Below, in pieces: positions 57,311 through 64,000 of a DNA stretch of 64,000 bases. The translations under genes were made by a program, and so were the position numbers. The notes beneath the pieces are model-generated. The model searched no databases, was not told the DNA's origin, and worked only from the letters and a program-made list of their open reading frames with translations. How positions within the stretch are numbered: position 1 is the first letter of the stretch; each line of letters opens with the position of its first letter. The DNA is from the human T2T-CHM13v2.0 reference genome, Homo sapiens. The stretch lies in the NCBI RefSeq assembly GCF_009914755.1, contig NC_060947.1. One strand, written 5' to 3'.

Positions 57311-57591
<281 letters not shown>

Positions 57592-57654
57592 CTGAATATT
57601 ATCATATACTTTGAAAATGTTATCTACATGATAGGGAGTAGATATATGATAGAT

Positions 57655-57708
<54 letters not shown>

Positions 57709-57726
57709 CAGACAGATAGATAGACA
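57655..57726 (+). repeat. Compound tetranucleotide STR (GATA)13(GACA)2(GATA)2GACA
   Basis: Counted directly. Confidence 0.95.
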
Positions 57727-58158
57727 GGTAGAGATGTAGATATGGTTAATGACCACATATATTTTGGGCAGGACATTTTACTTAAGGTCCCAAAAGGTTT
57801 TCTGTTAGGTAGTCCCTGCTTATTGCATTCAGAAGATTATTTGTGGCTTTCAGTGAAAGAAAACTCAACAGATTTTTATGGACCATATTTGATGCATACA
57901 GCTGTTTGCTAAGCTATGGGGTGGGATATGAATTCATTTATTTAAAAGGTTTATAAAATAAGACAACATTGCATAATATGGGCATAGGTGACGGAGAGAG
58001 GAAGAAAAGAAAGAACAAAGATAATTTTGGAAAATGAATCCAGAAATGAGCTTAGTAAAAAACTACACATTACAAACTCCTAAACCGTTGTTCTATATGG
58101 GTTTCAAGTTTAATTTTAAGTTTTCTAGTCATAAAAATGAAAAGTCAATCTTGATCTC

Positions 58159-58600
58159 TGTGTTATTTGGTTTAGTGCTGCTATAAAGGAATAGCTGAGG
58201 CTGGGTAATTTATAAAGAAAAGATTCTTTGGCTTACGGTTCTGTGGGCTGTACAAAAAAGCATAGCAGTGACATCTGCATCTGGTGAGGGCCTCAGGCTG
58301 TTTCCACTCCTGGCAGAAAGTGAAGGGGGAGCTGCAGGTGCAGAGATCACATGGGGAAAGAGGAAGCAAGAGAGATGGGGGAGGCTCCAGGCTCTTTTTA
58401 ACAACCCACTCTCGTGGGAACTAATCCATTTCCCCAAGAACCAAGAACTTACTACCTAGAGACTGACACTAAGCCATGTATGAGGGATGCATCTCCACGT
58501 CCGAGATACCTTCCGCTAGGCTCCACCTCCAAACACCGCCACACTAGGGGATCAAATTTCAACATGAGCTTTGGAGGAGTTAAATATCTAAACCATAGCA
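58159..58600 (-). mobile_element. MSTB-like MaLR solo LTR
   Basis: GCTGCTATAAAGGAATAGCTGAGGCTGGGTAATTTATAAAG...CTGGTGAGGGCCTCAGG...AAACCATAGCA. Confidence 0.9.
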
Positions 58601-58814
58601 TCAGCTTCTCAACTCATGGCAACCACAAAAGAAAACTAAACCAAATCCTATGGAGAAGCGCAACAATTCCTGATATTAAAAGAAGAAAGATTCTGAAGAT
58701 ACAACTTATCCACAGCTAAAAAGTTTCAGGTTTAATAAAGGAAGTGATGCAAAGGGGAAGATGGTGGTCTTCATTTGTTGTCATTTTTTAGATTAGAAAA
58801 CCAAGAGGTGATAT

Positions 58815-59237
58815 CTGTTCATATTACATTGCAAGCCTCTATTGTTGAAAGCGACAGAAAGTAACTTGCCATTAGTCAAATCAACCTAGGGTGATGAAAC
58901 ATTGTAAGTACTATATACAAGAATATTAAATAGGAAAAAAAACTGCCAGATCTCATGAGAACTGGTACAAGGAACTGAAAATCTGTAAGAGAATGACTCT
59001 TTTCTGACACTGGGAAAATGAGGTTGTTTTCTCTATCCCTGAAAAACTGAATTAGTTCTGTCTCAGGGCTCTTATGGGCTCTTGGTGACTCTGCAGCTCT
59101 CTCTTTTCTGAAAACCAGCATTTTCTGCTTCAAATGTCTCATTTCCTTGTGTCTTTGGCTTTGCATTGTTTTGACTTTAGCTCAGCAACTTCTAGCTAAT
59201 TAGTTCACTGTAAGAGGATCAAATAGCTATGGGAGGG

Positions 59238-59283
<46 letters not shown>

Positions 59284-59320
59284 TGATTTCTAGAGGAAGA
59301 GGGGGCAATGGGTTGGCAAA
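58815..59320 (-). mobile_element. Ancient ERVL LTR (LTR33-like), tentative
   Basis: TGTTGAAAGCGACAGAAAGTAACTT resembles an antisense LTR33-type end. Confidence 0.4.
59241..59279 (+). repeat. (GT)19 microsatellite
   Basis: Read directly. Confidence 0.95.
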
Positions 59321-60074
59321 CCTTTTTCCACTATGCATTGTCATTCCAAATTCATGATATGTATTTAAAATTTTGACCTCTAACTGAAATGAGGCAGAGA
59401 GTTTGTATGTAATCCAGAAAAATCAGAAACTAATTTAGAGGGCCAGAATAAACTGGGGACTATGAGCAGAGGGAAGAACAATATTTCTTCTGAGTTCTGT
59501 CTTGCTAGCATAGCAAACACATTTGTTGATAAAAGACTTTTTTTTCAATAAAATGTCAAAAGTAATAGATGAAAAACCTCTTCCCAGTACCTCTATTAAG
59601 TAACTTCGGCAGTCAAGAAAAGGCAATTTAGACGAGATTTTTTTAAAGTCCTTAACTACAAAAAAAAAAAAAAAACCTTTATATAACGTTAATATAAAAA
59701 GACTGATCCAGTTAGAAAGGAAAACCATGCCTTTTAATGAGTATGCTTACCATGTTGCAGAAGGAACTTATTTCTATGAAACCTTGGTGTCTAATTATTT
59801 CCCCAATAATTACATTGTATTGGAATTAATAAAGGTTTCTTTTTATAAGACCATGTTAAAAGTGTATTTTTTCCAAAATCGAAGCCAATATATGACACAT
59901 ATGATTATATGATATGGTTAATATCCACTATATGGTTAGTTCAGTTAATGATAAAAACAATTTGATCATTATCAAAATAGTGATTATGTCACCAATGACC
60001 ATTTTCTTCAGCCTGAGACAAAAGCAAATAAAACGAATGTTTCAACTATCAACAATTTACTTTGGAAACCAGAC

Positions 60075-61130
60075 CTTTATGCCTCCTGATGTGATACAAT
60101 AAAAAGTACGTAGCACATCTATGGAATTCTTACAACAAAATATTTAACTTAAGAATAATCAGACCTATAGATCTTATTTCTAGGAAATACAGAAGATAAA
60201 AGAACAAATTAATCAAATCACCATGAGGAAACAGATACAGATGCTCCTAGACTTATGATGGAGTTATGTGCCAATAAACCCACTGTAAGCTGAAAATATA
60301 GCAAGTTGAAAATGCATTTAATACACCTAACCTACTGAAATTCATAGCTTACCTTAAACATGCTGAGAACACTTACATTAGCCTACAGTTGGGTAAATTC
60401 ATCTAACACAAAGCCTATTTTATAATAAAGTGTTGAATATCTCAGGTAATTTACTGAATACTGTACTGAATGTGAAAAACAGAATGTCTTACTGCTGCTG
60501 CCCAGCATGGCAAGAGAGTATTGCACATATCATAGCATATCCCTAGCCCAGGAAAAGATCAAAATTCAAAACTGGAAGTACAGTTTCTACTGAATGTGTA
60601 TTGCTTTCACACCATTGTAAAGTCAAAAAATCGAAGTCCAACCATTGTAAGTTGGGAACCATCAGTACTTCCAGAAGGTGGGATGTTTTAAGGATAACTG
60701 GCCTGGTATTTTTTAACAAGTCAGTGTCATGGAAAAAGAGGCTATGACAGCTATGGTAGATTAAAAGGATCTAGAGATCTTACAAATAAATAGAATGTGT
60801 AATCCTTGTTTAAACAACTTTACAAGACATTTTGGGAATAGTCGGAAAAATGTGAGTATAGACCAAGTATTAGATGATATTGGGAAATAGTTACTTTTTA
60901 AAAGGGTGATATTGATAATGATATTATGGTTATGTAGGAGTATGTCTTCTTTAGAGATGTAAAGTGAATCATTTTGAAATGAAATGTCATGAAGTCTATA
61001 ATTTATTTTGAAATGATTTAGTGAAAAATAGGTGATAAAAATATGACAAAATATTAAAAATTGTTAACTCTAGAGTTTGGATGTGTTCATTATGCTATTT
61101 TCAATAAGTTTGAACATTTTCATTGTAAAG
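60075..61130 (+). mobile_element. Old L1ME 3' UTR fragment interrupted by MER47
   Basis: ATGCCTCCTGATGTGATACAA...GGATAACTGGCCTGGT...GTATTAGATGATATT...TTTGAACATTTTCAT. Confidence 0.65.
60238..60665 (+). mobile_element. MER47 (Tigger5-related) MITE
   Basis: TA|CAGATGCTCCTAGACTTATGATGG...CCATTGTAAGTTGGGAACCATCAG|TA terminal inverted repeats. Confidence 0.88.
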
Positions 61131-62769
61131 AATTCTTTAAAAGAATCCAAAATTTTATAAGCTATTAAATCCTAATTAGAAAATCAAATAAGAAAATACT
61201 GGGATTAGATAAATGCAGAGACTATTAGTTTCATTATCATTCTTTCTATCAATGAACCTATAATCTTTCATATTGTTGAGTAAGCTCAAAAGAACATTAC
61301 AAATAGCTCTGGATTCATATTCTTTCCTTTCTTCATCAGTGTGCATTACTTTTTTACTCAAAATTCCACTTTCATTAAATATTTTATCTTCAACTTCACA
61401 AAAATGGAAGGGAAAACATGGTGATATCCTAAAATCTGTTAAAGTTAGTGTTCTGTGAACATAAATGTGCATTATTATTCTGTTTACTGAAGCACTTGAC
61501 CATGTCATTGGTGGTTTTACAATCTGAAAATAAGCATTTTGGAAAGAAATCCTGGTTGAACTCATGGAATTCTTATTCAGTTATATTGCAAGGAGGCTTC
61601 TGAGACTTGAGTTCAAGGATTTCATATCTTGTTATTATCATAGCTTTCTGGTCACAGGTTTTCCTGATGGCAGTTTGACTGAGTTGCCCACTTTCCATCG
61701 TTGATATAATGTGGTCCATGTTTTTAATAGAATGGAAGTGATTTGGATATTGTTATGTGGGATATTACCTTGATGCAACAGTGACCTCTAAGTAGCATGC
61801 ATGCTCTGTCAGAGACCATAAAACAGAAAGGCTTATGGGCCAAATTAAAATATGCAAATCACACAATTTATTGAACCAATTGAAAATGCAAGGTGAGGAG
61901 CAAGGGGCAAGAGGTGGGGTAGGTTCACACACACAAGTGGGTAGAAGAATCACACTGCTTGAATCCTGGGGTCGGCAATGGTCTTGTCTCTCTCTGCTTA
62001 TCAGCCTTTCCTACTGATAGTGTGCTTATAAGACCAGAACTGAGGTTCAAACAAGAAGAACCAGAGACAGAAGTGGCCCCAGGCTAATGGCACAAAATTG
62101 CTCTATTGCAGAGATGCATGGACAAGTGCACCTGGCCATAGCTGTAGCTTGCCAGTAAACTTACTGAATAGTCATGGGTTTTATCTGCATTTCTAGGTAG
62201 AGCACATGTGGGGCCTGAATGGAACCTATACTTCCCAATGGATGATCAAGTTAGGAAATGACATAGCTGTCAGCTATGTGTAATGATTATGACTTGGTCC
62301 TTCTATTCCTTTCTGTCTCTGTTGTTATTTCCCCCATTATATATTGCATTTATTCCATCCTTAACATATCTCATAGGTTACTCATTACTCTATCGTTAAC
62401 ACATCTTTGGAATTCTGCCTGTGTCTCTCAAGTGATTTGCTTACTCATTATCTGAAGTTAACATAGTCATAAGAGTTTTGTTACCATCTTCAAGCTATGA
62501 CTATTGGCTTGACACTTCTAGTGAGTTTCAGTCATCTCATTTGTTTGGCTGTAGTACCCCTACTGGATGACTGAACCTATCTAAACTTAAATTTCCACAT
62601 CTGTAAAATGAAGTAGAGGTAGGAAATTCTGGAGACTCAAACATTTTGTCAACTGAGGAATGAGACCTGTGATGAGTCTATCATTTTGCTGAATGTGTTA
62701 AATGTATTTTTTGCAGATTATTTATGAATTGTTCAAATTGTATATTTGTACTAAATAATGACTCATCTA

Positions 62770-62990
62770 CTCAATTCTTGTATTTGTTCAACAAATAGTA
62801 TAGAATGTTTTCTCTATATTAGACAGAGTACTAGGTACCAAGGACATATTAGTAAAGACAGCGTACATGGATCATAGTTTCATGTTCTTTTGGAATTTAG
62901 ATTCTATTAGAAGAGACAGACAATACATCACCAATTAGATAACCCCCTTTTTAATTATAATTATGATAAATGCCATGAAATAGAATATAT
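62770..62990 (-). mobile_element. L2 3' fragment
   Basis: TTCAACAAATAGTAT...GTACTAGGTACC...GAGACAGACAAT. Confidence 0.6.
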
Positions 62991-64000
62991 ACATTCAGCT
63001 GGGCTTCTGAAAATCTACAGACCAAACACTATGCAAACCAACAAGATATAGAATTATCGATACATTCTTAGCCTTCTTGAAGTGATTAACATACCTTATA
63101 CCTATATCGTTTTTTTTACCACTTTGTCTCACAGTGGAAGAATATCATGCTGTGTTATTTCTACTTTGTTACTCTCAACAGCACAATGACTGTCAATGCT
63201 ATTAACTGGTTCCATAGAAACTTTACTGCTGCCTATAGTAGCAGAGTGAATTATTGACGGGGTTAATCTTCTCCCAAATAATTTAGCCTTTCTGCAATTT
63301 ACAGCAATAAGTTTCTCAAGTGTGTATTTACTACAAAACCGTCCATTTTTGGCTTCTATAAAAGCTGTAGGAGACATTTGTTACCTTGTCCTGTCACACT
63401 ATATAGTGTTAAATATAATAGCGATGGTTTAATGTCATAAAACATAGTGGGGAAGACTACTGAGACTTGAATATAATCAATTTGCTCCAATTCTAGTTTA
63501 GGTGAAAATTTATTGCTAAATTGCCTTTTTAAGAACTGCTTTGGTTATTTAATATTGATCTCAAAATGATTAAGAAATGGAACACTATTGATTTTTAAAT
63601 GAAAAAAGTCCTTGTAATGAGAGTAAGAACCAGATTGCAAAAATTTTAGGTGATAGAAGTAGATTTTAATAGTCTCCATTAGTTGCTAGAGTTGAATTTG
63701 CAAGCTATATAGTTCTTTTGCTTAGGTTGGAAAGTCTAACAAGGTAAAAAAACGTCCAGTTTGTTAACTGTAGAACAAAAGACACGTATATAAATGTTGA
63801 TATACTAAAAAATCATGAAATAGAGCTATATTTCACTATGGCCAGCAAGGATTTAGATCTAAAGTCACTACCTCATCACTAAATCTTAGAAAGCTTCTTG
63901 GGCCTGGTGGCAGGCATACAATAACTCGTGTTAATTGTTGTTTCCTGAATTATTTTCTGGTCATGCCCCTGTCCTGATTTTCCTTGAGCTACAGTTGCCC

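Noticed and set aside
61176-61565. 129-aa minus-strand ORF and acceptor-like TTATTTTCAG giving a possible terminal exon (CKTTNDMVKCFSKQNNNAHLCSQNTNFNRF*)
   Set aside because: No recognisable protein similarity and no compatible upstream exon in the window; consistent with chance in AT-rich DNA.
61890-62370. Possible ancient LTR (Gypsy-like) remnant
   Set aside because: Only vague compositional resemblance; family and boundaries cannot be supported by eye.

Overview
AT-rich, CpG-depleted primate genomic DNA, probably human or ape given AluS/J, L1PA/L1PB, THE1, HERV-H LTR7 and HERV-K MER11D-like elements. More than half of it is recognisable transposable-element sequence. I found no supportable protein-coding exon, RNA gene or CpG island; the longer ORFs in the track are Alu, L1, THE1 or mariner remnants, or chance ORFs. 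Main content: a full-length Hsmar2 mariner carrying a nested AluJ and a complete THE1 provirus; a ~10 kb same-strand L1 stack with a full-length L1PB inserted in an L1MA tail, itself inside an older L1M; two clean solo ERV LTRs with perfect TSDs (LTR7, MER11D-like); and an MLT1 LTR-int-LTR element. Unexplained local structures: a ~275 bp diverged direct duplication, a hairpin flanked by 36-bp direct repeats, a ~60 bp insert resembling a tiny retroposed mRNA 3' end that also reads as a 25-nt micro-exon, and an inverted LTR terminus. I see no evidence for a new multi-gene system. Subfamily names come from recalled consensus sequences and should be confirmed with RepeatMasker/Dfam.
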